Origin: a virus
Lineage: Duplodnaviria > Caudoviricetes
IMG/VR virus record: IMGVR_UViG_3300020011_000226
Coordinates: 32,001-96,000 of that record
Reading direction: 5' to 3' (one strand)
DNA length: 64,000 bases
The position numbers and the translations under genes were made by a program. Below the pieces are notes generated by a model that worked only from the letters and a program-made list of their open reading frames with translations, was not told the DNA's origin and did no database searches. Shown here one piece after another: positions 1-11,464 of this stretch (position 1 is the stretch's first letter; the number at the start of each line of letters is the position of its first letter).

Positions 1-1830
1 TTTGAGGCATTGACTCCTGAGGAGCAGACTGCTGTCATGAAGAGGGCAGCACAGGAAGAGCAAATGGCTCAACAGGCTATGATGCAACAGCAAGGTGCTG
101 AAATGGCATCCCAGCCAACAGAAGAAGAGCTGGCAATGGCTGAGCAACAAGAGCAGGAGTATAACCTTGATCAGGAACCCCAGACTTTTGCCAAGGGTGG
201 TAAGCTCTATGAAAAGCTGTTTGATGCGGTGGGTGTACATACTGCCAAGGAGTTCAGAGACTGGGCAAAGGAAAACAATATAGTCTATTTTGCTGACCTT
301 GACAAAGATGATGTGGACTTGGACAAGCTGCCTTGGGAAGGGCTGCTTTCTACAGAGACCTTCCAGAATGCTTTGGCCAAGACAAATCCTGCATTGGCTG
401 ATGCTATGAGGAGAGGCTATGATTTCGGTATGTACTCTCCAGAGAATAGTGGTAAGGCAACTATCCAAAGTATTAGCAGAGGTAATTGGAAGACCACTGA
501 TGGTAAGGGTTGGAGAGGCTCAGAGGATTTAGCTTTCAAGCAGGCTACTGAAGGACTGTCTGATGCAGAGATAGATGCTTTGACCACTGAGCAGCTGGCT
601 GAAAAAATGAGAAATACTGAGGCTTATAAGAATACCAGCAAGTGGCTGGAAACTCCAGATAATGCATTGATGTACTTGAACACCCTTCTGAATGACCCTG
701 ATACTCCTCAGGTAGCAAAGGACTATGCTGCCAGGTTTGTGAAGGATGGCAGGTGGAAAGATGGGTTCAACTATGACTATGCTACAGTATTTGGCAGTAA
801 TGGTAAAGGGGTAAGGGAAACTAACCCAGGAACTTATTGGCATACAGCTATGGAAGCCAATAGAGGTAATCAGACAGGCAACTTTGTCATCAATGAGGAT
901 GGTACAATAGAGCCTATTATAGGTGCTGTACCTACAGATTGGACAGCAGCAGGTAATTATAACTGGGCTACTCCAGAGAATGGCATTGCCTATAACTATT
1001 ATAGAAGACCCACAGCTGCAACTACCGCAACTGCTATAACCGATCCTGAAGGAGAGAAGACTCCTGAGGAGAAGGCAAAGGATTATGTTCCTGATTTAAG
1101 GAAGGAGACATCATTTGGTATGTTTGGGCCTTTGCTGAACTTAGGACTTATGAGTGCTGGTGTAGGTAGGCCCAATACTTCAGGATTGTTTGCAGCAGCC
1201 AGCAGAGCAGGGGACTATAGGACAGCTGACTGGATGCCAAGAGGAGACTTTGCAGTCTACAAACCTGATGACTCCTGGTTCTATACATCACCTATCCTTG
1301 CTAATTCAAGAGCAGCAGACAGGAGCATACTGAACAGTGGAGGTAACCAAGGCAGTAAGATGGCAGGAATACTTGCCAATAACTACAATACCCAAGTAGC
1401 CTTAGGACAGGCTCAGAGGCAGCAGTTAGACCATAACTTTGATAAGTACATGAAGGTAAAGACATTCAACGGTGACATCTATAAGGATAACCAGAGAGAG
1501 TTTGGTCAGGACAGCAGGTTTGATGCCAGTGCCTACAATGAGGCATCCAGAGCCAATGCCCAGTTGAATATGCAGGCAGCAGCCCAGCAAATGGATGCTG
1601 ACAGATGGTGGGCAAGTAACCTCTATGGTAATATCAATGGTTTATTTGATAGGATTAACCAATGGGAGAAATGGAAGAGAGACCGCAATGCTGTGGCAAA
1701 GATGGCTGCAAATGGTATATTTGGTACTGGTACTGACAATACTCCCATCTTCAGTGGCTATGTGAAAGAAGATGCCAATGGAGGCAAGATTAAGAGAAAG
1801 AAGAACAAGAAACGTGGTTTAACATTCTAA
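1..1830 (+). CDS. Virion cargo/internal protein (5'-truncated by the window)
   Basis: Frame is open from base 1, so the TTG at 10 is not the real start. Q/A/N-rich and Cys-free, with FAKGGKL and DANGGKI motifs; lies upstream of other crAss-type cargo genes. Confidence 0.65.
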   Translation, partial: FEALTPEEQTAVMKRAAQEEQMAQQAMMQQQGAEMASQPTEEELAMAEQQEQEYNLDQEPQTFAKGGKLYEKLFDAVGVHTAKEFRDWAKENNIVYFADLDKDDVDLDKLPWEGLLSTETFQNALAKTNPALADAMRRGYDFGMYSPENSGKATIQSISRGNWKTTDGKGWRGSEDLAFKQATEGLSDAEIDALTTEQLAEKMRNTEAYKNTSKWLETPDNALMYLNTLLNDPDTPQVAKDYAARFVKDGRWKDGFNYDYATVFGSNGKGVRETNPGTYWHTAMEANRGNQTGNFVINEDGTIEPIIGAVPTDWTAAGNYNWATPENGIAYNYYRRPTAATTATAITDPEGEKTPEEKAKDYVPDLRKETSFGMFGPLLNLGLMSAGVGRPNTSGLFAAASRAGDYRTADWMPRGDFAVYKPDDSWFYTSPILANSRAADRSILNSGGNQGSKMAGILANNYNTQVALGQAQRQQLDHNFDKYMKVKTFNGDIYKDNQREFGQDSRFDASAYNEASRANAQLNMQAAAQQMDADRWWASNLYGNINGLFDRINQWEKWKRDRNAVAKMAANGIFGTGTDNTPIFSGYVKEDANGGKIKRKKNKKRGLTF

Positions 1831-1846
1831 ATATGGAGGAGTAGAG

Positions 1847-3193
1847 ATGCCAGGACACTATAATAATTATTCTCTAGTAGCTGATACATCAACATTCAAT
1901 CCCTATCAGAGTATGCAGGAAATGCTTACTCCCTTTGTGATGTATAAAGATGCTTTTGAGAAACAGGAAGCTGCCTATGATGAGTTGAACAGGAAGGCAG
2001 GGGGTTTTAAATACCTTGCTGACACACTGCCTGAAGGAAGTAGGGCAAGAGAGATCTATGAAGGGTATGCCAAAGACTTAGAGGCACAAGCCAAAGACTT
2101 CTCTTCCAATGGTCTCAATATGAGTAACAGAAGAGCTTTACTTGGTTTAAAGAGGAGGTATCAAGGAGAGATTGGCAGGTTAGAGAAGGCTGATGAAGCC
2201 CTGCAAGAGCAAAGAAAGTTGAGAAGTGCTGCAAGGGCAAATGGCCAAAACCTGTTATATGCAGAGGACAATCTAAGTATAGACCAGTTCCTCGACAATC
2301 AGAATCCAAACCTCTACAGTGTCAATGCTGATGAGCTGAGGAAAGAAGGTGCTCAGTATGCACAAGCAGCATCATCAAGAATTTATGGGGATACCAGAAT
2401 ACAGAATATCAATAAGTATTTTCAGGATATTATACAGACCCAAGGATACAGCCCTGAGGTGTTGGCAGCATGGAGACAAAACTTGGAGAGTATTCCAGAG
2501 TTTAACCAAGCAGTCAATGATATTCTTGAAGGTAGGCAGGTCAATGGTAATCTTACAGGTAGAAACCTTGAGATAGCCCGACAGAATGTTATCAATGGCA
2601 TCATGGAAGGAAGTGCTTATCAGGAAAGACGTAGTGTCCAACAGAATCCTGGTGTACTGACAGCTGCTCAGGCTGCCAGCAATGCTTTGGGCTGGGCTAA
2701 TCATAACTTAAGTGTGGCAGCACATGGTATGGTAAGAGATAAGAATGGCAAGTATGTCAGCCAAGATGAGTGGATGTACACTCATGATGAGAATGGCAGA
2801 AGAAATGGCTATTCCAATGAGTATATAGAGGCTGTCAAGAAGGGTCTTGTTCCAGGCAAGAATGTTAAGATGGGCAATGGTAATAACAGTACAGCAACCA
2901 CCACTAAAGCTACTAATAGGAAGCTAAAGGAGGCCCGTCAATATAATGGTAGCGGGGTAGTTAGTCCTGTTACCAAGAATCAGAAGACTACCTATGGCAA
3001 GAAAATATCTTACGCAGAGGCATTGACTCTTGATCCTAGTATTTCACAACATGATCCAGGGTATGAGGATTATTATGAGTACTTTAATAATGGGGGATTA
3101 GTTACTGTAGTACCTTTGGAAAGCAGTGTTAAGGAGACTCCTGATACAAACAGTAATACCAGCAATGCTAGTTCTGATGATAATCAAATTTAA
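1847..3193 (+). CDS. Putative virion cargo/ejection protein, 448 aa
   Basis: Long ORF with a helical/coiled-coil N-half, lying between two cargo genes; arrangement typical of crAss-like phages. Confidence 0.6.
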   Translation: MPGHYNNYSLVADTSTFNPYQSMQEMLTPFVMYKDAFEKQEAAYDELNRKAGGFKYLADTLPEGSRAREIYEGYAKDLEAQAKDFSSNGLNMSNRRALLGLKRRYQGEIGRLEKADEALQEQRKLRSAARANGQNLLYAEDNLSIDQFLDNQNPNLYSVNADELRKEGAQYAQAASSRIYGDTRIQNINKYFQDIIQTQGYSPEVLAAWRQNLESIPEFNQAVNDILEGRQVNGNLTGRNLEIARQNVINGIMEGSAYQERRSVQQNPGVLTAAQAASNALGWANHNLSVAAHGMVRDKNGKYVSQDEWMYTHDENGRRNGYSNEYIEAVKKGLVPGKNVKMGNGNNSTATTTKATNRKLKEARQYNGSGVVSPVTKNQKTTYGKKISYAEALTLDPSISQHDPGYEDYYEYFNNGGLVTVVPLESSVKETPDTNSNTSNASSDDNQI

Positions 3194-3207
3194 AGAGCAG
3201 AAGAGAT

Positions 3208-6200
3208 ATGGCAAACAATACAGGCTTAAGATTTAATCCGCTGACAGGCCTTGGTGGCTGGAGAGACAATCAACAGCAACAGAGCGTTCCTACAGTAGCA
3301 GAAGACTATATGAACCAATTCACCATGCCTATACCAGAATGGAAACCAGAGCGGCTACAAAAAGCAAGAACTTTTGTAGCAGATGTCAATAGTGGCAAGT
3401 TTGACAATTGGAATCCTATGGAAGATTATGACAGATGGCAAGGTGGTCTTAGAGGATTGTCCAATGATGAGCAGGCCATTTGGGAGTCACAGAACTATGC
3501 CAAGATACTTGATCAAAGCGAAGAATGGAGAGATAGGCTGTGGAGAAACCAGCAGTTTGTTAATACCTTTGGCATGGAAAGATTCCAGCAAACACCTGAC
3601 AAGAATGAAAGAGACAGAATGTATGAAGACTATCTGTTAGGTGATGCTATTGGTAAGAAGTATGGCTCTAACAGTAATCTTGAACAGCTAATGTCTCTCA
3701 CCCCTGAAGGTAAGAAAGAACTTCTGAACTCAGACTATAAAGCAAACTGGCAACTTAAACAAAGTGACCAAGCAGCAGAGAACAAGGATTGGGAAGACTA
3801 TACTTTAGGTGAAAGATGGAATGCTGTTAGTTCTGATGTGAGCAGCTATGGTATGGCAGGATTAGGTCTGGGTACTACCATTGGTGCAGCCTTTGAAGGT
3901 GTAGGAAGTATTCCTGGTGCAGCCATTGGTGGTCTGATTGGTGCAGGAACTGGCTTGGTTATGGGAGTTCTTAATCCAGAGGATGCAGCAAGTACTAATG
4001 CCATGCAAAGAAGGGCTGAGAATGATGATATTCTGAATAAGATAACTGTTGCTGATAATGAAAGAAAGAAGGTTGATAGTCAAGATTCCATCAATGATTT
4101 ATGGTCAGCTTACACCAAGGCATATAGTCAGGGACAGATTACCTCAGAACAGGTGGATGAGATGTTTGACAATCTGGCTCTAAGTGGTAAGAGGACTGCT
4201 ACTGATAAACTTGGGAATACCCAAGAATATGACTATCATGGCTCCAATTACTATACCATGTTCAAGGATGAAGATGAGTTTGAGCACTTTGGTACTGTAG
4301 ACAAGCTAAAGTATATTGCCCAGAGTCAAGTATTAGGACAGAAATATGGTCAGGGTACTGCTATCAATATATTGGAGCAGGACATGCAGAACTATGTGTC
4401 AGACAATCAAAGTAGCTGGCAATGGGCAGGTAATTCCTTGAAGAATGTATGGGTAGGCGGTGTAGCCAACCTTGCCAATAATGTGACAGCCCTTGGTGCA
4501 TTGAGTGCAAAAACTTTTTATGGAGAGGAAGGATTGGCTGAGTATCTGAAAGGTAAGGATGCATCTGGGGATGGTACAGACAACTGGTTTAACCCCCAAT
4601 ACTGGAACAAGGTGGATCAATACAACACTTTTGATACAGATGCTATTGCCAAAGCAGACCAGAATGGTGGTATCTCCATATATAATAATGTGGTTACCCC
4701 AGGTACTGAAGGAGACTTCTGGAGTTGGAATACTTTAAATGAAGCTGTGCGCATGAATAAATTCGCATGGTCAGACTTACTGAAGAACCTCTCATTGGGA
4801 AGAATGGTAAGAGGTGCTACCAGACTTGCGGGTGGTGTAGAACTTGCCCCTGGAGTATTAGCAACAGAATCTCCAACGGCGGCACAAGCTATCAACAAGG
4901 TAGGTGCTCTTGGTGTAATGAATGCCTCTTCATTAGGTATTGATGCAGCCTATGGTATGCAGACTTATGAAGAAGTACTCAGACAAAACAATGAGAAACT
5001 TGACCAGATTATAGACAAAGATACTGAAACAGAAGTACAAAGAAGGCTGCAAACCAAGGAGGCACAAGCTGACTTCCGTAGGTTTGTAGATACTGAGAAT
5101 GCCCGTAGGAAAGCAAGAGCAGGTGAAAGAGGCAGTTATATTGCTGTAGATGAAGATAAGGCCTTTGTAGATTATACTGAGTATCTGAGAAAGCAAGTTA
5201 GACAGGAACAAGAGGCCTTACATCAAGAAGACAGGCAACAGGCTGAGAATGATGCAGCAAATGCCTATGCTGTGGATGCTAGTATTGAACATTTAAGAAT
5301 GGCTACCACCAATGGAGTGTTCAAGAGCTATTTGTTTGACAAAGGCACATTAAATGCCATAAGGAAGAACAATCCTTATGTGGCCACTACTACTAAGAAT
5401 GGTCAGTATGCTCTGGCTAAGAATGCTACAAGAAATGCAGCACTTAAGCAAATGGGCGTACAGGTATGGGGTGGATTCCACTCTAACTACTTTGACGATG
5501 TAACAGTAGGTTTTGCGGAGGGCTTTGGACTACAGGACTATAATAACTACCTGCTACAGAAATACAATCCAGCAGCCTATGGAGCTGTTATTGACGATTA
5601 TGTGAATCCTTTTGTTGCTGGTATAGCTGGAGCTACCAATGCTATGACAGAGAAGAGAAGTTTCTTGGATGGTGGTATTGGAGCCTTAGGAAGCTTCATG
5701 ACTGTATCTCCAAATGTCAATGGTATGATTAGTCATAGGCAAAGAATGAAAGAGCTTGCAGAAGCTAATAAAAAGCAGGGAACTGAGAAGCAAGGTATCT
5801 CTACAGCAGAATGGATAAGTGACTTTGTGAACAATCCTGTATTGCAAGCAGTAGCAGATGCCAAGCAGAAAACCAGGATGACTGAGGCAGAAATAAAAAG
5901 AATTAATGATATAATAAAAGAGTCTGGCTATTCGTTGGATAATATAGTGGAAACTGCATCAGCACTGAATCAGAAAGTCATAGCAAGAGAAGGAACTTCC
6001 CTCATAGAAGCTGAGGATGCAAAGGATAGAGAAGCCTTTGCACTGGCAAGTACTTTACTCAGTCTAAGGAACTCAGGTGTAGTAGCTAATGCACAGGCAG
6101 AACCTAATAAAGCCAACTGGAGCAGGAAGAAGAGAGCTGCTGCTACTATAGGCAGAGGATTTAATATGCTGCTTGGTGTTCCTATGTTCAATGAGGCAGA

Positions 6201-9200
6201 ATCCAGCTATACCAATGCTATGCAGAGCCTGCAAGATGCTGCAAGTATTGGGGAAACCAGTGATGAAGCCACTGTTCAGAGACAGCAGGAATTAGTAAAT
6301 ACCTTCTTAGGTCTTGACCAAAACAAGAATGTACTGGCTGATATGTCTGAAGAAGAAAAGGCTGGGTTTGCTCAAGAGAGATTGAAGAAGAATGCCGCCA
6401 ATCTGTTGGACATAATGGATAGGACAGAGAAGCTTCAGAAGAAATTTGAAAATTCTATTCAGGCACAGCTCCATCCTGACTTGAAGCAGCAACTTATGTA
6501 CCAATATGTACTGGACAACAGATGGAAGATCAGATTATCAGAACTGGAAGAGCAGATTACTGGTGAACAAGGTACTCCTGAGTATGAGGGTAGTCATGCT
6601 GCTATTGCCAAATATGGAAGTATGCAAGGCCATGAGAGGACCAAGAAGGCACAGGAGAAGAGAGTGCAGGCAGCTCAAACAGCCTATGATAAAGCAGCAA
6701 AAGAAGCTGATAAAGAGAATGATCCTACTAAGAGTATTGTAGAGAATGCTCGTCAGAAGGCTGTCAGAATGTGGAAGAAAAAGACTGCTGCCATCAACCT
6801 CAAAAAAGAGCAGGATGCACTGTCCCAGATTAACAATGAAGAGGCTGAACTGAAGAGTGCCTTGGAAAGTGAAGCACCTGTTATCACAGCAGACCAAATA
6901 CTGAGACTGAATCCCAATGACAGATACAGGATGCTGGATGACTTCTACAGGAATGACTATTCAGAGGCACAGCAGAGGGAAATTGACTTAGCTAAGAACA
7001 AGTTGATAGAGGATGGTACTTCTATCAATGAGGCTATGGAGAAGGTCAAGGATGCTGCCATACTGAGTGACAGGATTCAGGACAATATGGAAGTTGCTAA
7101 GAGGATTATGCAGAATCCTGTAGAGGCCAATCAAATGCAGCAGGCTGTCATAGAGAACAGGAGAAGGGCTATAATAGACTATTTCAATGATAAGATTGTT
7201 GCAGAAGCTTTTAATGACTTTCAAGCTGATCCTGAAAGCACTTTATCCAAAGAGAAGATAGCTCAGAAGGCACATGGATATTCTACTGCTGTACTTAATG
7301 GTATGCTCAGAGCTATTGAGAAGGAATTGGCAAGAGCAAGAAAGGCGGATGAACCCTCAGATAAGACTTTATCCACTATGGAGGATGGTATCAAGGAAGT
7401 GCTTGGTCAGAGGGATGAGCAAATGAAGGAAACTGTTGATTTAGATAGCTATATCAGGAAGACAAAGAGTGTGCCTCATACAGAGGTAACAACATCTCCT
7501 GCTGGTGCTCACTATGAACAAAAGACAGGTGACTATGAGGTTACAACTGTTCCTACTCAGGTAACTACTGACAGAGATTTGTCAGAGAATGACAAGAAAC
7601 TGCTAGACTATGCTATTGACTATGCAGCAGAGAGAGGTATCCCTGTGGATGAACTGAGTCAGAGAGTACAGGATGAAGATTTCAATAATTATGTAGAGCA
7701 AAGGAATCATGCTTATGAGTTGGCTATAAATCCTATGACAGGAGAAGTTACTGAGACCAATGTCGCTACTGTTGATAATAGGGCTAATCAGGTTAGTCCT
7801 GAGTATATGTCTGGCTTGGTGAATGATGTGGTGGATGCTTTCAAGGCTAACAAGGATAAGGTAGCTCAAGCCAAAGCAGACAAGCCTACAGCAGCACAGC
7901 CTGAAAGTGTAGCTACTAATCCTGTAGAGACTAAAGGCAGTAAGGCAGAGGCTACAAGGGAAGAAGAGGTAAGACCTGATGAGGTAGACCCAAATGACCC
8001 ATTTGGATTAAAGAAAAAGAAGACTGCTTCTGTAACACAGCAGCCTACACCACGGCCTGCCAGTCCAACACCCGCCAATAGTAGGAATGCCCAGATTATG
8101 GAGGATGCATCTACTTTAAACAGTAAGATACTTGAAGATGTTGGAATATTATTGGATGAGGTTGATAAACTTCCTATGCAGGAACAGACTAGAGACAAGC
8201 TGAAGGATATTATTTCAGCTAATCTAAATAGCAGAACCTTTGGTAATATCCAAGAGCTACAGAACAGAATCATGGAAGATGCAATGGTAACCTCTCAGGC
8301 AGAAGCTCCTCAGATTGATGCCAAGGCTACTGCACTGGCAGGGCTGAACATTGGTGATATTAAGAGCAGAAGGGCTGGTCAGGCAGGAACTGAACAAGCA
8401 TCTGGCATACCTGCTGGGGAAATTAATAACAACCCCAACCCCCTCCCCCCAACTCCTCTTGTCCTGGAGTCCAGGGATTTGGATATGCTGATGAACTATC
8501 CTGTTTGGAAAAGCTATATTGAAAAGCATGGAGTCATCCCATTCCTTCAGAAACTCTCCGATGCATGGAATAAAGAGGCAGAGGCTTGGAGGCAGACTAA
8601 TAAGCAGGGATTACTGCATCAAAGTCAGGTAGTATTCCTTTATGACCCAGCATTGGCAGAAGCTGTAAAGAATAACATCGAGGAGAATGGCGGATTTTAT
8701 AATCCAGAAATCTCTTCTCCTATTCTTATGGCCTTAGAGGTTACTGATAAAAACAAGCATTTGGTAGATAGTGAGAGTCAGCTTATTAGCATCAAGGACA
8801 AGACTGATGGTAAGACCAAACAGTATCAGGTGATAGGAGTAATGCCCAGCAGTGAGATAAGTACAGGAGAAAGTGATGCTATGAAGGCTACAGCAGCCAG
8901 AATGTCTGCACTGAGGAATAGAATCAATTTTAATGATACTGATACCCATGTACTGAGATATGCTCCCCAAAATGATACTGGCAAATACAATGGTACTCCA
9001 ATACGCACTAATATAGAAAAGGTAAGTAGTCATACAGAGGAAGACAGAATTCCTCATGCTACTGAGGAGACACCAAGAACAGGTGTTCAGCAGCTGATGG
9101 ATGAAAATCTTAATTCTGCTACTGAGAGCTTCATCAGTGCTACTGAGGAAGAACAGCAGGCCTATGATGCTGCTAAACAAAGAGGCTTATCCGAAATCAG

Positions 9201-11415
9201 AAAGACCAACCTCTACAAGAAACTGCGCAAGGCATTTATTGATAGGCTCTTTAAGAGAGAAAGAAAGGCTCAGAATCCTGATGATCCCAATAGCAAGGAA
9301 CTGAACTTCAATCTTCAGAAGGGAACTAATGACACCTATCCTAAAATTGTACTGGTCAAGAAAGTCAGTGAGACACTAGATAAGAACACTGGCAGGCCTA
9401 TCATTGATATTCTGAGGGAAACAGATGGCACTGGTAGCAATGCTCAAGAGGTTATTGAAAGCAACTCGAGGTTTAGAAGGCTGTTCAATCAATTGAGCAA
9501 ATTGAAGTTGAGCAGCGGTCTGTTTAATGCACAAGGAGATGTGGTTAATAGGACTGCCTATGACAAGGCAGTAAGAGACTTTGAAGAGAGTGTTAGAAAG
9601 ACTATTGATAATAATCTGCATGTAGATGATATGACTGTCAGAGTGGATATTACTGAGGGAAGACCTGATGAAAAGACAGTCCATATCAATGTCTACTCAG
9701 GGGATGTCAACAATAATAACAACCTCCTCACCACCCTCACCACTTCATACACTGGTCAGGTAAGTCAAGCTGAATACGCTCCCTTCCTTAAAGACTTGAT
9801 ACTGGATAATGAAGGTAATACAAGATCAGGTCTTAACGATTCAAGGTATGAGAGAGTAAAGTGGCAAGTAAACTATGAGGATGCTGAGACAGCCCATGAC
9901 AGTACTAAGACTCCTGTAGAAAGGAAGGCAGCAACAGATAATCTGAATGACCTCTATGATGATGGTATCTTTGAGATGCAGGTTACTAAGCTTGCTTATC
10001 CCTCAAGAAGTATAACTGTCAGCATTAACCCTGCTATGAAAGCCAAACTGTATCCTGAGAGAACCAGGGAACCAGAAGCTCCTATTGGTAATCCTACAGG
10101 TATAGTGGCTAGCTTTGAAGCTGAGAGTGCTGCTGGTAAGGTGGATGGTGATACTGGAATGATGACTGAAGCTCCTACCAGAGAAGGTATTCTCAATGGT
10201 ATCCCAAGGGCTATCATGGATACTATCAATAGGATGTTGTCAGACTCTAAGAGCAGGCAACTGACTGATGATGGCAGACACTACAGCATTGGTGGTCAAT
10301 TGTGGTCAAGAGTCACCTCCATTAAGTATGCTCTTGAAAACATGGGTCAAAGATTTAATCCTGCTAATGGTTGGGCATTACCCTCATCCTTGTTAGGTAA
10401 TAGCCTTGATGAATTTGGTAGGGACGTGTTTACTGGGGCCTTTGACTCTATGGATGGAACCAAGAGAATGGCAGAATTTGAAGGGTATGATAACTCAACA
10501 GCAAAAAATTATGACCAAGTGTTCATGGCTCTCAAGGCATTTGAGTCAAGACTTGCTGGTAAAGGTCAGGTGGTTATTGCTACTGGTAACAGGGAGAATC
10601 CAGGTCACATTACAGCTAAAGGTACTTTGGATGTACAAGTTAAAGGAGAACAGGGCATAGAAACTAAGAAGGTCAGAGTAGCAGGAACACTTGATGTCTT
10701 AGCTATTGATGATAAAGGTAACCTGCATATTTATGACTTTAAAACCCATCGAGGGGCCTTTGATGCCGCCCATGCTGTAGAGAAAGGTTATGACAGGCAG
10801 CTCAGTATGTATGCCAAGTTCTTGGAAGATGAATATGGTTTGAAAGTAAAGAGCATCAATATTATTCCTATCAAGGTTGATTATCCTACACCTTCAGGCA
10901 GAGACAATGAAGGTAATGCTATTCAAGGTGCTCAGAAGACTTACAAACAGGCAAGGCCTGGCAGCAACCAGTTAGAGGTGAAAGAACCAACTGCTGATGA
11001 CAGTAAGTTTGAACCCTACAGGGGAGCTAACTTCCAAGTTGAAGCAGAGTTTCCACTTACCAGACTGGATAATGCAGCATTGGTAGCCAGCTTTGACAGG
11101 ATGAGTGATGCTGAGAAAGAAGCTATTGTAGAGGCTATTCAAGACCAAAGTGAAAGTCCTGCTACAACTGGAGAGGTAAAGGCTGGAGACATAGCCAGTG
11201 CCAAGCCAGACATTGTAGAGGAGACTGCTGAAGAAGAGGAAGAAGGTGGTTTCTCTCGTAGAGGCAGCAGGTTTGGTTTAGGCAGAAAGAAAGCCGCTAC
11301 TCCAGCACCATCCGCTGAGGAAACAGCCCAAGCCATCAATCCAGAAGACAAGGGAGGTCTACTCAACAGACTCAAGGATTTAGAAAATGCCTGTGGTGGC
11401 CCAAAGAAAAAGTAA
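3208..11415 (+). CDS. Giant virion/ejection protein (2735 aa) with a glycine-zipper membrane segment and C-terminal PD-(D/E)XK nuclease domain
   Basis: GMAGLGLGTTIGAAFEGVGSIPGAAIGGLIGAG segment at about 3850-3970; AGTLDVLAIDDKGNLHIYDFKT...QLSMY nuclease motif at about 10680-10825. Confidence 0.75.
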   Translation: MANNTGLRFNPLTGLGGWRDNQQQQSVPTVAEDYMNQFTMPIPEWKPERLQKARTFVADVNSGKFDNWNPMEDYDRWQGGLRGLSNDEQAIWESQNYAKILDQSEEWRDRLWRNQQFVNTFGMERFQQTPDKNERDRMYEDYLLGDAIGKKYGSNSNLEQLMSLTPEGKKELLNSDYKANWQLKQSDQAAENKDWEDYTLGERWNAVSSDVSSYGMAGLGLGTTIGAAFEGVGSIPGAAIGGLIGAGTGLVMGVLNPEDAASTNAMQRRAENDDILNKITVADNERKKVDSQDSINDLWSAYTKAYSQGQITSEQVDEMFDNLALSGKRTATDKLGNTQEYDYHGSNYYTMFKDEDEFEHFGTVDKLKYIAQSQVLGQKYGQGTAINILEQDMQNYVSDNQSSWQWAGNSLKNVWVGGVANLANNVTALGALSAKTFYGEEGLAEYLKGKDASGDGTDNWFNPQYWNKVDQYNTFDTDAIAKADQNGGISIYNNVVTPGTEGDFWSWNTLNEAVRMNKFAWSDLLKNLSLGRMVRGATRLAGGVELAPGVLATESPTAAQAINKVGALGVMNASSLGIDAAYGMQTYEEVLRQNNEKLDQIIDKDTETEVQRRLQTKEAQADFRRFVDTENARRKARAGERGSYIAVDEDKAFVDYTEYLRKQVRQEQEALHQEDRQQAENDAANAYAVDASIEHLRMATTNGVFKSYLFDKGTLNAIRKNNPYVATTTKNGQYALAKNATRNAALKQMGVQVWGGFHSNYFDDVTVGFAEGFGLQDYNNYLLQKYNPAAYGAVIDDYVNPFVAGIAGATNAMTEKRSFLDGGIGALGSFMTVSPNVNGMISHRQRMKELAEANKKQGTEKQGISTAEWISDFVNNPVLQAVADAKQKTRMTEAEIKRINDIIKESGYSLDNIVETASALNQKVIAREGTSLIEAEDAKDREAFALASTLLSLRNSGVVANAQAEPNKANWSRKKRAAATIGRGFNMLLGVPMFNEAESSYTNAMQSLQDAASIGETSDEATVQRQQELVNTFLGLDQNKNVLADMSEEEKAGFAQERLKKNAANLLDIMDRTEKLQKKFENSIQAQLHPDLKQQLMYQYVLDNRWKIRLSELEEQITGEQGTPEYEGSHAAIAKYGSMQGHERTKKAQEKRVQAAQTAYDKAAKEADKENDPTKSIVENARQKAVRMWKKKTAAINLKKEQDALSQINNEEAELKSALESEAPVITADQILRLNPNDRYRMLDDFYRNDYSEAQQREIDLAKNKLIEDGTSINEAMEKVKDAAILSDRIQDNMEVAKRIMQNPVEANQMQQAVIENRRRAIIDYFNDKIVAEAFNDFQADPESTLSKEKIAQKAHGYSTAVLNGMLRAIEKELARARKADEPSDKTLSTMEDGIKEVLGQRDEQMKETVDLDSYIRKTKSVPHTEVTTSPAGAHYEQKTGDYEVTTVPTQVTTDRDLSENDKKLLDYAIDYAAERGIPVDELSQRVQDEDFNNYVEQRNHAYELAINPMTGEVTETNVATVDNRANQVSPEYMSGLVNDVVDAFKANKDKVAQAKADKPTAAQPESVATNPVETKGSKAEATREEEVRPDEVDPNDPFGLKKKKTASVTQQPTPRPASPTPANSRNAQIMEDASTLNSKILEDVGILLDEVDKLPMQEQTRDKLKDIISANLNSRTFGNIQELQNRIMEDAMVTSQAEAPQIDAKATALAGLNIGDIKSRRAGQAGTEQASGIPAGEINNNPNPLPPTPLVLESRDLDMLMNYPVWKSYIEKHGVIPFLQKLSDAWNKEAEAWRQTNKQGLLHQSQVVFLYDPALAEAVKNNIEENGGFYNPEISSPILMALEVTDKNKHLVDSESQLISIKDKTDGKTKQYQVIGVMPSSEISTGESDAMKATAARMSALRNRINFNDTDTHVLRYAPQNDTGKYNGTPIRTNIEKVSSHTEEDRIPHATEETPRTGVQQLMDENLNSATESFISATEEEQQAYDAAKQRGLSEIRKTNLYKKLRKAFIDRLFKRERKAQNPDDPNSKELNFNLQKGTNDTYPKIVLVKKVSETLDKNTGRPIIDILRETDGTGSNAQEVIESNSRFRRLFNQLSKLKLSSGLFNAQGDVVNRTAYDKAVRDFEESVRKTIDNNLHVDDMTVRVDITEGRPDEKTVHINVYSGDVNNNNNLLTTLTTSYTGQVSQAEYAPFLKDLILDNEGNTRSGLNDSRYERVKWQVNYEDAETAHDSTKTPVERKAATDNLNDLYDDGIFEMQVTKLAYPSRSITVSINPAMKAKLYPERTREPEAPIGNPTGIVASFEAESAAGKVDGDTGMMTEAPTREGILNGIPRAIMDTINRMLSDSKSRQLTDDGRHYSIGGQLWSRVTSIKYALENMGQRFNPANGWALPSSLLGNSLDEFGRDVFTGAFDSMDGTKRMAEFEGYDNSTAKNYDQVFMALKAFESRLAGKGQVVIATGNRENPGHITAKGTLDVQVKGEQGIETKKVRVAGTLDVLAIDDKGNLHIYDFKTHRGAFDAAHAVEKGYDRQLSMYAKFLEDEYGLKVKSINIIPIKVDYPTPSGRDNEGNAIQGAQKTYKQARPGSNQLEVKEPTADDSKFEPYRGANFQVEAEFPLTRLDNAALVASFDRMSDAEKEAIVEAIQDQSESPATTGEVKAGDIASAKPDIVEETAEEEEEGGFSRRGSRFGLGRKKAATPAPSAEETAQAINPEDKGGLLNRLKDLENACGGPKKK

Positions 11416-11433
11416 ACCACTTAACATCAAAAG

Positions 11434-11464
11434 AAAGGGTGAGTCTCAAGGCTCGCCTTTTTTA
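11434..11464. terminator. Bidirectional intrinsic terminator between convergent genes
   Basis: AAAGGGTGAGTC-TCAA-GGCTCGCCTTTTTT hairpin flanked by A- and T-runs. Confidence 0.7.

Noticed and set aside
8431-8450. C-rich tract CCCCAACCCCCTCCCCCC as a slippage or G-quadruplex site
   Set aside because: It is explained by the NPNPLPPTP linker codons, the frame is intact, and there are only three G-runs.
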